Assembly: GCA_951406725.2 (NCBI GenBank)
Contig: OX597819.1
Location: forward strand, 26,226,001 to 26,290,000
Origin: Octopus vulgaris
Taxonomy: Eukaryota
Length of the DNA: 64,000 nt
Direction of reading: 5' to 3'
The notes under the pieces are model-generated. The model ran no database searches and was not told the DNA's origin. It saw only the letters and a list, made by a program, of their open reading frames with translations. Position numbers and translations under genes: made by a program. Positions 41,597 to 55,427 of this stretch are shown one piece after another; the first letter of the stretch is position 1; each line of letters starts with the position of its first letter.

Positions 41597-42360
41597 TATA
41601 CAATATGTTACATTACTCGGTAGTCAAGATAAAATTCTGAGTTTCAGATGCCGAAGTGGAAATCCACAACACCATCTCTTCGGTTATCTGGCTATTTGAA
41701 AACGTTATGAAAAAATACCGTTAAAAATGAAGGGAAATTACTCTGTTATAACTCTGCTTTGCCTGCGTACTTATACATCGCTCGCATTTTTCGTCATAAA
41801 AATTATATAAAAATACATAAAAATATATAAAAATATATAAAAATATATAAAATCTTCTTGGGACATAACACAGAAAGCATGTTCTATCCGTTTTCTTTAG
41901 GGGACCAAAAACGTAACAGAAATTTAGTCACATGTGGGCATGATCCGAAAAGCTCTGTCCTTGTATTTGACCTACCTATTGACCCTACCACATGTCTAAA
42001 TACAAGGACAGAGCTTTTCGGATCATGCCCACATGTGATTAAATTTCTGTTACGTTTTTGGTCCCCTAAAGAAAACGGATAGAACATGCTTTCTGTGTTA
42101 TGTCCCAAGAAGACTTTTATATATTTTTATATATTTTTATGTATTTTTATATAATTTTTATGACGAAAAATGCGAGCGATGTATAAGTACGCAGGCAAAG
42201 CAGAGTTATAACAGAGTAATTTCCCTTCATTTTTAACGGTATTTTTTCATAACGTTTTCAAATAGCCAGATAACCGAAGAGATGGTGTTGTGGATTTCCA
42301 CTTCGGCATCTGAAACTCAGAGTTTTATCTTGACTACCGAGTAATGTAACATATTGTATA
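41597..42360. mobile_element. Inverted duplication of a Penelope-like 3' end (arms ~370 bp, 29 bp spacer)
   Basis: Mirror ORFs 41858+ and 41884-; CLNTRTELFGSCPHVIKFLL resembles the PLE C-terminal LNxRxELxxxCxHxxKF motif; hammerhead-like motif at 42268-42330. Confidence 0.85.
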
Positions 42361-42400
42361 TATATATGTGTGTGTATGTATATGTATGTGTGTGTATGTG

Positions 42401-42431
<31 letters not shown>

Positions 42432-42814
42432 ATGTGTAAATATGTGTATATAGGGACTAGTGTGCTGGGTGTGCATGTGTGTGTGTGGATTTGTGTGTGT
42501 ATGCGTGTATGTGAGTATGTGTGTGTATGTGTATATATATTTTTCTGTGTGTATATGTATGTGTTGTCGTGTGTGTGTATATATACATGTGTGTATACGT
42601 GTATGCATGTGAGTGTGTGTATGTATACATATATGTGTATGCGTAGATATGTATATGTATGTGTAAGTGTATATATATGTATATATATATATATATGTGT
42701 GTGTATGTATGTGTGTATGTATATGTATATGTTTGTATGCGTGTGTATATATGTATACATATGTGCATAGGTATAAGTGAGAATCTCCTTATTTACCTAA
42801 AACCCTATCCCCCT

Positions 42815-42855
<41 letters not shown>

Positions 42856-43019
42856 TTATTTTTTTTTTTTTATTTATTCTTCTATCTAATTTAACACTGA
42901 CTCCTTGACCACTCCCCCAAGTATGATATTTTGCGCTATGCCTACCCCCAAAAAGTCCCCCACCAACACCCCTTTAAACCTGCCTAAATGTATAAATGCC
43001 AATACAATTCTTGTTAACT

Positions 43020-43070
43020 AGCTTCCTGAAGATTTCTCTTGAATGAAACAGTTCTAGTCCTGTAGAAGCT
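43020..43070 (+). ncRNA. Type I hammerhead ribozyme motif
   Basis: AGCTTC-CTGAAGA-tTTC tctt GAAt-GAAA-CAG..CTG-TA-GAAGCT; differs from the 4989 copy only at the variable position 7. Confidence 0.75.
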
Positions 43071-43085
43071 CCTTCTATATAATAA

Positions 43086-43144
<59 letters not shown>

Positions 43145-43315
43145 TGTATACACACATACACGCACAGACGTTTCCTTGGTTTTATGTTTATGTTTTTGTT
43201 TCTCATTGTGTTCGACGTTTTTTTTGTGTCCTGTACCCATTTATGCATGTATATATATATATAGATGTAGGTACGTACATATATGTATGCATATATGCAT
43301 ATGTTTATTCATTTT

Positions 43316-43383
<68 letters not shown>

Positions 43384-43415
43384 GTGTAATATATATATAT
43401 ATATATACAATGGTG

Positions 43416-43465
<50 letters not shown>

Positions 43466-43479
43466 GTGTGACATTATTT

Positions 43480-43549
<70 letters not shown>

Positions 43550-43867
43550 GTGTATGTCCATCTGCCTCTCATGTCTCTTTTCCCTGCCTTGTGGTGAGAG
43601 TGTTTTAGAACAATTTAAAAGGAAAAAAGGAATAGACAGGATTAAATAGACAAATCATGCGGCTATAATTGTTTATTTGAATATTTAAATGTTGTAAGAT
43701 GGAACTGACTCTGGCTTGGTAAACAATAAAATATTTCAGAATAACCACAATATCCATCGGAAAAAAGTAAAATACAAAGACACTAATAAAAATATGAAAA
43801 ACAAGCGTAGCCACCTTGAGAGCAAAATTGTATGTAGTTCTTAAATTGATATACGTAGGTGTCATCA

Positions 43868-44092
43868 GTTTACTCTTTTACTCTTTTACTTTTTCAGTCA
43901 TTTGACTGCGGCCATGCTGGAGCACCGCCTTTAGTCGAGCAAATCGTCCCCGGGACTTATTCTTTGTAAGCCCAGTACTTATTCTATCGGTCTCTTTTGC
44001 CGAAACGCTAAGTGACGGGGACGTAACCACACCAGCATCGGTTGTCAAGCAATGCTAGGGGGACAAACACAGACGCACAAACACACACACAC

Positions 44093-44147
<55 letters not shown>

Positions 44148-44313
44148 TACGACAGGCTTCTTTCAGTTTCCGTCTACAAAATCTACTCACAAGGCATTGG
44201 TCGGCCCTGGGCTATAGCAGAAGACATTTGCCTAAGATGCCACGCAGTGGGAATGAACCCGGAACCATGTGGTTTGTTAGCAAGCTACTTACCACACAGT
44301 CACTCCTGCGCCT
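43868..44313 (-). mobile_element. Family A SINE
   Basis: Full-length reverse copy. Confidence 0.9.
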
Positions 44314-45639
44314 ATGTTTGCATACTAAACCATTGCAATTTAAAACACTCACCAGGAATTTCGTGGCCACCAACCCATTCAATTACCATTTTCTCTCTAG
44401 TTATTTATCTCATTTCCCCATCCCTTCCTACTATATGCCTCTCTACTGACTTCCATTTCTCTAACACCCTGTATTTTCTCGGTTATCCCGCTTACTTTCA
44501 CAATCTACATATGATAGTAAAGTGTATTTAGTAGCGTTTCTGTTATTACTTATACATTTACTCTAATCCGCCTTTTTCTTGATCCACTTTAGTTGTCGCA
44601 ATATTTTCGAATTCGTTTATTTTTCTTTAAAACACGGTTTACCAAACTGTTAGCACCAACCATCTATATTTGCCATTTCAAAGTCCACCTCATTTAGTAA
44701 TGTTATCTAATTACATTTATCTAGGAATCCCCTTCCGTATTGTCACACCTACCCTAACATATCTTCCGCATACAGCGCCCCACTTACAACTTCCAACAAA
44801 TATTGCCATTCTGATAATACTTTAGTTGACACTAAAACTAAATCAATGCATTTTTGTTACGGTTAAATTGTCTCAATTAAATGTCCTACATATTTCAAAG
44901 GATATTAAACTGAAGCCGCTGTAACATTTTCAGCAGTAACAGTTAAATTTAAAGTGCCCCTTATATGTTGTCTTACCAACCGTAAACGACACAGATGAAA
45001 ATATAGAATTGGTGAGTGCTTGTGCAGAGAGAGAGAGAGAGAGAGAGGAAAATAACGAAGGAGAAAAACAATTATGCTTTATATGCTACTTGCTTTTCTC
45101 TTAAAATGTTAATACTAACAAAACTGAAAGCCACGTGAGTCAAAATATCTAAAACAAATGACCATTGAAAACTGAAATGTCAACGGTGATAGTGAGGAAC
45201 TCTTTCATTGACAGAAGCCGGAACAGCAAACTAGAACACTGCGTGTTCTTCACCAACAGTGGAAGGATAAAAAATCCAAGTTTACAAGCTGGAGATCTGA
45301 ACCCAGAATCTAGAAAGAATAATGAACTTAACTTACTTTCTCGATCAAAGGTCAGCCTTTGCTAGCTTTAATTTTTCTTGATAACTTTTCTGGAACTTCA
45401 ATTTAATTAAAATACGGAAAATGGGTTTAGTGCATAGGTCCAGTGTTAGCGCCAATTTCAAAGGACGGCATTAACTTCTAATTGCGATTTTAAAATGATA
45501 TTGTCTCAAATTTACAATATTACCATGTCTCCAGCCTTCCTTCTGGAACTCAGCTACTGTTAGTTGACTTCCACTTGAAGACACTGCAGAAGGAGAAACA
45601 GTTAAACACCTTTTGGGTTTTGCGTTTTTTTTTTGTCAC

Positions 45640-46705
45640 AGTTTCTACCCGATCCCCTTTTCCTGCCCACGCAGCCGCATTTGCCCATACCTCTCCAACA
45701 CCACCCTCCTCATCGGCACACATCATCGAACCTATCATATCACAAGTGTAGGTGACTCCTTCACCTGCACTTCTAATAACGTCACCTACTGCATCTCCTG
45801 CTCTCTATATCCTTCTCTGTACATCGGTCAAACGGGACGCCGCTTGGCTGACCGATTCGCGGATAACCTCCGAGATATCAGACTCGGCAATGACACCCAA
45901 GTCTCGCGCCAATTCTGCTTTACCGGCCACTCTTTACAACACCTGTCTGCGTGCGGATTGTCCTTGCACAGGGGCCATCCGTACTCCCGTCTTCGCTGTG
46001 AACGGGAATTAATCTTATCTCTTCGCTCCTTTGCTCCACACGAGCTCAACTCTCCTCCCCTCTTCATCTAAACCCCTCCTCTCCTTACTCTTCCTCTCAC
46101 CTATTTCCACCCACCTCTCATCTCTTGCTCTGACACCTACGTCTTCTCTTCACTCCTGCCCTCCTTCCAACCTCTCCCCTCAGCGTCACCCCCTCCAACG
46201 GTATCGCACCCTACCACCACTATACATCACATCCTACACATTCCACTCCTAGATGCACTACCCCCACCCTCACATCCTACTCCCACATACCCACCCCTAC
46301 CTCCACATTCATCCCACCCCACCCTTGATGACCCACACTCGCCTCCTCCACATCCCAACACCTCTACACCACGCATCACCCACATTATCATCCACACCTA
46401 CACATGCACACACACACGTCAAGATCACTCTCACATACACACTCACGTGAACCTTCGTTTTGGGATCATCACTAGTATTTTTATCTCCCCTTTTTCCTAG
46501 CTGACCACCTGTGTCCGACCTTCGCCATGATTGATCGGTAGCCACTAAACCTTTTATTTATTTTCTCTCTCTGCTTATTTCTGTGTTCCTTTCTGTTGAA
46601 GAGCTTAGGCCAGAAACGTAAAAGTTTTTCTCACCTCCTGAGCGTTAAAGTAATACATCTGTTTGTCGTTTACACACCCATCTTCGTCTTTTTGTAAGTT
46701 CAAAC
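45640..46705 (+). mobile_element. Penelope-like element 3' fragment: GIY-YIG endonuclease plus C-rich 3' region or pLTR
   Basis: FTCTSNNVTYCISCSLYPSLYIGQTGRRLADRF..RE.ELI..L....P..LN; degenerate hammerhead TTGAAGA..GAAACGTA at 46596-46620. Confidence 0.88.
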
Positions 46706-46731
46706 TATATATACATACTTATATATACATA

Positions 46732-46787
<56 letters not shown>

Positions 46788-47304
46788 GTACAAGGATTTT
46801 ACGCATTAAATACATTCTTACATTTCTATCTAAGTTTTGGATACGTTCTGCTGGTAACAAGTTGGAATAATTCATATATACATGACACCTATAGAGGCAC
46901 AAACAATTTTCCACGTCTGTTTTTCACTATAGGCAGTCAAATTATATTTCTCTTAATGTTATTTCATTTTTTTTTGCTTCTTTCGAATTTTTCCATGAAA
47001 GGTATTTTTATTTTTAATCCAATTTCTCCATTGTATTATTCCTAGATTTATTTACTTCGAGCTCCACACTTAAAGAGAATTTACATATGCATCTATGTAT
47101 GTATGTATGTATGTATTTATGTATGTATGTATGTACGTACATATGTATGTATGTATGTACGTACGTACGTATGTATCGTAGATATCTTGGCTTAATTTAA
47201 ACCAAATACATACTGCCCTATGTTTTAGGGGAATAATTTTTGTATTACACATTTGGACCAGAAATGTTTAAGGAAAACGTCCTTCTCAGAGATCCTGAAA
47301 ATAT

Positions 47305-47348
<44 letters not shown>

Positions 47349-49825
47349 TTTATGCGTGTATGAATGTATAAACGTATGTGTGTGTGCATGTATGTATGTA
47401 CATAATGCAATTGCTTCCGCCACTAGAAAATATATCTTCAAGAATTTCCAATTCTATTATATTTCAATGCATTGAAATATATTAACTAGAAACTTGGTCG
47501 AAAGCAATTTGATCGGTAGAAATGGCGACCAGTGGATTCATGCAAATTTCAGAATCAGTTTACGTTTGATAGGTATCGGAAATCAATACAGTGAGTGCAC
47601 GCCATATTAAAATATGCCATATTGCTTCGTTCGAATCTCATTGAAACAGCGCAACGAGTTTGTGTATTAACTGCACTTTGGTTCATGTTCTGTGTGTGTG
47701 TGTGTGCGTGCGTGCGATGCATTTAACGTCATTCTATATATTTAGATAGTCATGCTATATGTTGTTAATAGAACAAAGTTATGTTTAGTAAGTCTTTACC
47801 AGAATGTTAGATATATGTAAAATACAATTTATTATTCCATTCGCTATGCTTGCAAGTGTTATAAAGTATTGGACCTAAACGAACTCTCAAATGATGTTCA
47901 TGACACAACAATACGCACAACATAAATTTTTGTCATATCTCATTATAATTATTCTCAGACGTCTTCAATGTGTCTGTTTTGTTTTTATTCCATTTTTCAA
48001 ATTGTTTTGAAAAGAAATACTTTCGCTAGTCTAGCTCAAATTTTTCAGATGCCCAATAAGACATGGAGGATAGTCGACATGCTCGTCTGAGATAGTGAAT
48101 GGGTGAATGTAACTCAAATAAATCTTGAATGTCTGTTATAAGCAATAATACTTGGTATACAGCGCAGACCATACAATGAGTCTTGCTTAGAGTAACTGGA
48201 GAAACGGAAAAGAAAATTCGGCGTCTGAGTGAACGATGAAAATAAAACTTCTATAGTTATAGACCTTCTCTCAATTAGTTTTCCGTGTAACTAACTGAAA
48301 TTCACATTTGAAAAGAAAACTGGGGGGGGGGGGATTGGTGGGGGATTGTATAGTATTCGTAGTCGATTTTCTCAATAAATAACTCAATGAAACGTTTTCG
48401 GTACATAAATTCTAGCGTCATCAACATTTCAACAGGAAGCTAGAATCATCCCTAATGTGAAGACTATATATTCCAACTTAGCACTAGATGCATATGCTGT
48501 TGCATATCAATGCTTTGCCGACACGCCACCAACAATATGATCTCTCGCTCATGTAAGAAGCACACACAGTTCAATATAGTCTTAGATGGAAAGTGCAAGG
48601 AAAATAAGCATCAATGTTTCGATTGGATACTTTTAATGGTTGGTCTGCTGAATGTGGAGTAACTTAAAGCTAAAAGAGAAAAGAGACGAACATACAGATA
48701 TTGTTTAGTTTCTTTCTTTTGTATTTAATACACAAAATACAACTTGAACATAATGGTTTTAATCTATTTTAAATAATATTCGTGATGTCCATCACGATCG
48801 CATACTGGGAAACACTGTATAAAATGTTAAAGCAAATGACTACTCTTGGTACCGATTTTACAAACCTTTGTAGTCTATCTGCGTTCTGGGTTTGAAAAAA
48901 GAAAGGATGACCGTGGACAGTCTTCCCTGAACACAGTTCTGATGAAGCATATTAGTGGCAGTATGCTGTATGAAGGATGAGTAACATATACTTTTAATCA
49001 TTGGATTCAGTACTTATTACATTGTAATGTAGGCCAAGACGTGCTGGGATAAAATATTGTTCCGTTTACATAAGTGAAAATCTACAACAGATTTGTTTTA
49101 TATTTGTGGGTAATTAATAATTCTCATCCATTCCATTTTGTTGAATATGTGAATCTTTTTGTATGGGTAGTTTTCGATAATGAGGGTGAAAAAGAGAGCA
49201 AGTGTGAGTATATAGGAGAAAGAATATTTATTATATATTTTAAATGCCTGAAGTACTGATTATGTCTGGTGTTTTGTCGTAAGAAGCGCATATTTCGGGG
49301 AGATATTATTGTCCCAGCGGCAATCGTATCCCGTATTCAAAGATTTGCACACTTAGAGTATAGTTTCAAACATAACTTATTGGAAAATTGCAAGTGTTTG
49401 AGTCATTCACATATAAATAATTTGGTCTACTAAGTATTTGAGTCTTTTCTTTCATTCTTCCTTGTTCCGTAAAGTAGATCACAGTGTTCCATATAGTCGA
49501 CCAAACCTCAAAATAGAAATAAATTCTGCAACTGTTAGAATTACGTTTTTTGGTAATTCCTTCAATTAAATACACCTCGTTATATGAGGTCAGTGCCCAC
49601 ATTTGCTGAGTGACTGATCTTGTATTTAGGGCTGCAGATAAAATATCGAACCAAAATGGGTTTCTCTATTTAGTTGTATGCCTATATTATCTAAGTTTAA
49701 ATAACTTTCAGGGTGAATTTTAATTTACTTATGCAGTTCTCAAGAAAATATGTATAAATGAAATTCTGTACCATCCTACCAAATTTTTTGGTACCATTAC
49801 TAAGTTTAGAATCAATAAATCTTGG

Positions 49826-49870
<45 letters not shown>

Positions 49871-50109
49871 CACGAGTGTATGTGTGTATGTGTGTGTGTC
49901 TGCTTTCTTTTCTTTACAAGCAATATATTAAATAATTGAAATGAACGTGGAATTGAATAATAATGAAGGCTTACCTTGATTTAGCTTATTTACTATAACA
50001 CTGGTTTTTGCACTTAAGTTTCACTTTAAACTGGTTTTTGGATATTTCTCTCGACGTATGTGTTTGTCACTTCTAAATCTATACCGTGACTTGACCAAAT
50101 ATTTGACGC

Positions 50110-50545
50110 TCTTGCAATTCCAGTGCTTAGGTAGAAACTGTGGACCAGGAGGTCACGTAGGTGGGTTCGTTTGAAGGAAGGAAGGTGTCGGTTAGGAAAG
50201 ATGTTCGAAGTGGAGGGGTAGGACTGGAGTCGCCGGAAGGCTCAGAGAATGGTAAGTTGTAGAGGTAGAGTGGAGGGGTGGTACGCGAGGGGAAACGGGA
50301 GACGGGTGATAGCGGGGCAAGTGCCAGAGGAGAGAGCAGATACACGGTCCCCGGAAGTGCTCTGGTAAGATCGGTGTGGATAGTGGTGAGGGGATATCCA
50401 CGTAGGATGAAGTGGCGAAGCATGAGTTGAGACTTAGTCTCAAAGTCATGGTTGCCAGTGTAGAGCCTACGCAGACGGAGGAATTGGGAATAGTAGATGG
50501 ATCGCTTTGTGTATTTATGGTGGGAGGAGGAGAAGTTGAGCTAGA
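50110..50545 (-). mobile_element. Penelope-like RT C-terminal fragment
   Basis: Reads SSHHKYTKRSIYYSQFLRLRRLY..F....QLMLRHFILRGYP, the typical PLE SQFLRLRRIC..F..RGYP region. Confidence 0.85.
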
Positions 50546-50978
50546 GGTGTTGGGATTTGCGGAGGGTTAAATTGTTAAGAAAAACAGGATAGTAAAAATA
50601 AAACCGTAAAAGCAAACGGTAAGTGTGGTTAAGCAATAACGAGATGAAGTAGTGAAAGCTGGAGAAATGAGCTTTGACAGGAGGCAGGCAAGAATGTCTG
50701 TTGTCTCTTGTAATGCACGGAGAAGAAAGAAAGATAGCCGCTGGTCACATGTGAGCAGCGTGAGAGTCAAGGAGGAAGAGTGAGGGAGAGAGAGGAAGAG
50801 AAAGGGAAGGATGAAGGGGAGGATAATAATTAGGGGAAGGCTGGGAGAAAAAAACAGAAAGAAAGAAGAATATGAGAAGGAGAATAGTGATAGGATAGTT
50901 ATTAAATGTCGCATCAGAGTTATTAAGATAAAACTTACTTGGAAATGGATGCGTGGCGTTCGATCATACAATAATTTA

Positions 50979-51031
<53 letters not shown>

Positions 51032-51338
51032 CACACACAAACGTATATGTACATAACTACATATATATGTATATACGCATGCATATATGAGTACAGGACA
51101 ACTGTTGAAAGGATTGTTCTTTATGTTTTCTGATTTGTTTCTCTATTTGTTTCTTTCGTTGTTCGAAAAAAGTTCGTTTTCCATGTTTTTGTTTTTCTAT
51201 TCTCGTTTTTGTTGACGTGCTGTCCCCATATATTCATCTGTATATGCATTGTATATATAGGTATATACATATATGATTGTATATATGCATATATATTATT
51301 TCGATTATATATATATATGTATATGTTTTGGGATCTTC

Positions 51339-51392
51339 AAAATGCACCTGAATCTCAAAACGACTACACATATTGAGATTCAGGTGCATTTT
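51339..51392. repeat. 20 bp perfect inverted repeat
   Basis: AAAATGCACCTGAATCTCAA, a 14 nt spacer, then TTGAGATTCAGGTGCATTTT. Confidence 0.85.
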
Positions 51393-51544
51393 CAAACCCG
51401 AAAACTCTTTTCCTATAGATACATTCACATATGACACACACACACAGTTTGTTATGTGTGTCTATGTGTTTCTTTGTAAGTGTGTTTGTGTTTTTTTTAC
51501 TTGTGTGTCTGCGCTCACACAGTTAAATATATCAGTGAAGTCCC

Positions 51545-52100
51545 TCGATTAATTCGACCTCAGTACGCAACAGGTACTTAATTTATCAATTCCGAAAGGA
51601 TGAAAGGCAAAGTTGGCCTCCGCGGAATTTGAACTTAGAATGTAAAGACAGGCTAAGCATTTCGCCAGGTGTGCTAACGTTTCTTGTTTCTTTACTGCCC
51701 ACAAGGGACTACACACAGACAGGACAAACAAGGACAGACAAACGGATTAAGTCGATTATATTGACCCCAGTGCGTAGCTGGTACTTATTTAATCGACCCC
51801 GAAAGGATGAAAGGCAAATTCGATCCCGGCGGAATTTGAACTCAGAACGTAGCGGCAGACGAAATACCTATTTCTTTTCTACCCACGAGGGGCTGAACAC
51901 AGAGAGGACAAACAAGGACAGACAAACGGATTAAATCGATTAGATCAACCCCAGTGTGTAACTGGTACTTATTTAATCGACCCCGAAAGGATGAAAGGCA
52001 AAGTTGACCTCTGCGTAATTTGAACTCAGAACGTAGCGGCAGACGAAATACTGCTAAGCATTTCGCCCGGCGTGCTAACGATTCTGCCAGCCCGCCGCCT
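51545..52100 (-). mobile_element. Tandem array of three Nin-like SINE units
   Basis: GGTACTTATTTAATCGACCCCGAAAGGATGAAAGGCAAA recurs near 51575, 51780 and 51964. Confidence 0.85.
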
Positions 52101-53653
52101 TGCCCACACAGTTGAATATAGTTACAATTCTTTAGGAGTGATCGCATCGTACGATATTCCACAAGATGATTCATTGAAAGGGTACTAAATCTTCAGCATA
52201 AAACAGTTTTTCATTTTTACCAACCAATAGTATTCTAGCGCATGTTTTAGTTTGCATTTGCTCTATATTAAACCTAGGCTATATCTGTATAGTCTTTGTA
52301 AGAACATGGCAGTCTAATGCGGTTTTACATTTTGTTTGCTTGTAAGGATTATCTTTTTTGCTGAGAAACAGTATTGAATCAGATTCATCACATGGCTCTT
52401 AATATCATAGTGTGTGAATTTAGATCAAAACATGGAGATATAACATTACAAAATCCTCTCATAAAATATTCACAACATGCATGCCACATAGGTTTTACCA
52501 ACTCATTACACCTGTCAAATATAACAGTTTATAAAGATAATTTTAGTTGCTATTATTTCCAAAGAAATAAATAATTTAAACGGAGAATATAGTTGTTGTA
52601 TCTATGATTCTAATGAGTATTTTAAATGTGTGAATGTTCCTACATTAATTGCTTCAAAATCCAGAAACAGTGTACCATTGTAGAAAGAAAATCTCTCATA
52701 AACATTGTTATGCAATGGAAGATTTACTCCACGAACATACGCTTTCGGATTTTGTCTCAAAGAGCAGGTACCATGTTTTCTAATTGAATTTCTGTAGACG
52801 GAAACATGGGAAATTTGGCAGATGCATCGCTCATTTCTTGGATTTGAGACTTAATCCGTATCCCGGTTCACCGGCTCGAAATAGACTTTAACACATTTTA
52901 ACGAAGTCCATTTGAGAGCAAGCATCAAAAGATAACTTTTTCTCCTTCTTCCACCGTTTTGAAATGCCCCGATATACTTTTATGTATAAATCATATCATT
53001 AATCTCTTCCCCTGAAAATAATCGTGTTAATTCCATCGATAATGCCATCTTATCCGACAGGTAGAGAGTGATAAAGGATAATAACTTACACAACGTTGGA
53101 TACGGATATAAGGTATAAATACTTCTTATTCACCATAAATTAAAACACCTATTCTATGTGTATTGAACCGGATGATTTATGAATACGTAGTATGCTTCTT
53201 TACTGAACCAATTCAAACAAGTAAATCAAACTATTTCTGCGTTTTCTGTTTTCAATTCTTACTATAAAATTATTTGTTCTATGGTAGCTATTTTATTACG
53301 TTGCCCCAATTATTAGTTTACTATTAAGAATCCTCCTTTACAAGGGGCGCCCAACCCTTTCCATACTACATACTCATGGTAACATTTCGTAAAAGAATTC
53401 CACAAATTCATTCATATTCTTATAATTGTATCTGAGAATATATATATGATACACGTTATCTATAAATCTAAGACCCGCTTCAAAGTGATTTTTTTTTGTG
53501 AAAATCAAATTCTACTGTGGATACACGCAAGAACAGAAACCGAGAGATTATTTTCAGTTTGTTATGTAAATATAATACGGTAACTTATTGATATCCAATT
53601 TAGTTGAGTGTTTTATTTTATTTTCAGGTTGTTTTAAAATAGCCTTTGCTACA

Positions 53654-53826
53654 ATGGCGGATTTTCGCCGAAGTATGGGAGATGTATTAGGAGCGGCTGC
53701 GAGGCCTCAGTCACCTCTAAAGCAACGGAGAGGTAAGAAGAAATCAGAAGAAAGATATATAAGTAAACTAGACAAACAAGCCGATGAGGAAGCATTTACG
53801 TTTCCTAAAGAGCATGAAAATATAAA
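53654..53826 (+). CDS. Probable first coding exon of an unidentified host gene (exon 53628-53826)
   Basis: T-rich tract and TTTCAG acceptor, strong-context ACAATGG, 57 open codons (MADFRRSMGDVLGAAARPQSP..EEAFTFPKEHENI), GTAAGT donor in phase 2; non-repetitive sequence. Confidence 0.65.
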
Positions 53827-54701
53827 GTAAGTCTTTGTTCTATTTCTTTCAATTTAATATTGTTTTTGTTCTTATATAGTGTTATAATTTTTGTATTTGT
53901 TTGTTTCACAAGAAATGGTCATTATGTTCCTCCGTATCCAGATATAGATTTAAATATTTAATGGAAGCCAAATTATCATGAATTACCTGGGGATTCTTTC
54001 ATATTCTTCTTACCCAGATAATACTATAATCTGAAAGTTATAAGACAAAATACTGCGTATATAATCTAAAGGAAAATTTTATCATTTAGTTTAGATTTAG
54101 GGGAGGATTCCATTATATTTTGCAAGGTCTCTGAAGCAAATAAAGATGAGATGGAGGCAGGGAAATAACCTCAAACCTGAAACATGTCCCCAAAAGCATG
54201 TAGCAGAAGAATCTCCGCTAAGGGCGTGCAAGAACCTTGTATTGGTGCTAAACCGGTAATTACTCACAGCATCGTATTCAGCACTTGTAACAATTCATTC
54301 ACATAACCATCAATAATTGTTAATTTATTTCAGTGTAGGAAGACTAAAAGTCGAATCGGACTTCAAACTCAGAAAGTAAGCATCTAGAATGAATATTGCA
54401 AGGAATTTTAACCATGTTCCAAAGACACTTCCATTTTGTAAATGTTTCAGTGAACATTCAATTTCTTTATAAATCATTTGTATATACTTTAGTAGTCTAC
54501 CAACTTTAACAGACATTAACAATTAGTTAAGTATTAAAACGGAAAAACCAATGGCATTTTAAATATTTAGATAAACGACATCGATACGTTACCCATAGGT
54601 TTCTTTAAATAAATAGAATTATATAAAAATAAAATGCACTAGTTATTTGAATGAAATTACTTATATTTCCGAAAGAGAAGTGTGTGGGAATGTATGTAGG
54701 C

Positions 54702-54748
<47 letters not shown>

Positions 54749-54752
<4 letters not shown>

Positions 54753-54840
54753 GTGGACAAATTGGTGACTTTTTTCTCTTATTAGGTTTTTCACGCTAAC
54801 TACTTGATAAATTCTTATAAAGATTTTATCCTATTTTTGA

Positions 54841-54900
<60 letters not shown>

Positions 54901-54995
54901 AGTGGACAAATTGGTGACTTTTTTCTCTTATTAGGTTTTTCACGCTAACTACTTGATAAATTCTTATAAAGATTTTATCCTATTTTTGAATTGTA
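54749..54995. repeat. Exact ~97 bp direct duplication separated by (TA)n
   Basis: TTAAGTGGACAAATTGG..TTTTTGAATTG at 54749 and 54898. Confidence 0.9.
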
Positions 54996-55427
54996 TATAT
55001 ATATATATATTCTTTCTCCCTTTCGCTATCTACTTTCCTTTCTCTACAGTAAACATAATCGAACACACAGGCACAGACCTCTCACCTCACAGCTGTCAGT
55101 TTTCTGACATCTACCCATCCACAAACACAATCACGCATTCAGACACACACATTAAGACAGTTATATACACTCACACACACAGGCACTCATTCATAAAAGA
55201 AATCATTTAAACCCACCATTCGTTTGACCTGCACTCTCCCACCTTACTATTCTTATACCTCCCTCCTCCTACTTCGTTTGAACCCTTGAACCTTTAGAAC
55301 CTTCTAGATTCTTCTACATTCAGCCACTCTGACGTCACTCCTTATAAAGAGACACTCATTATCGCCATGGGCTCCTTGAGAGCGGTCAGCTAAAAGTTTT
55401 TTGTGCATTTTGATGTCGACATAAGTT

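Noticed and set aside
51545-52100. CRISPR-like repeat-spacer array
   Set aside because: Eukaryotic context; units are whole SINE copies with no unique spacers and no cas genes
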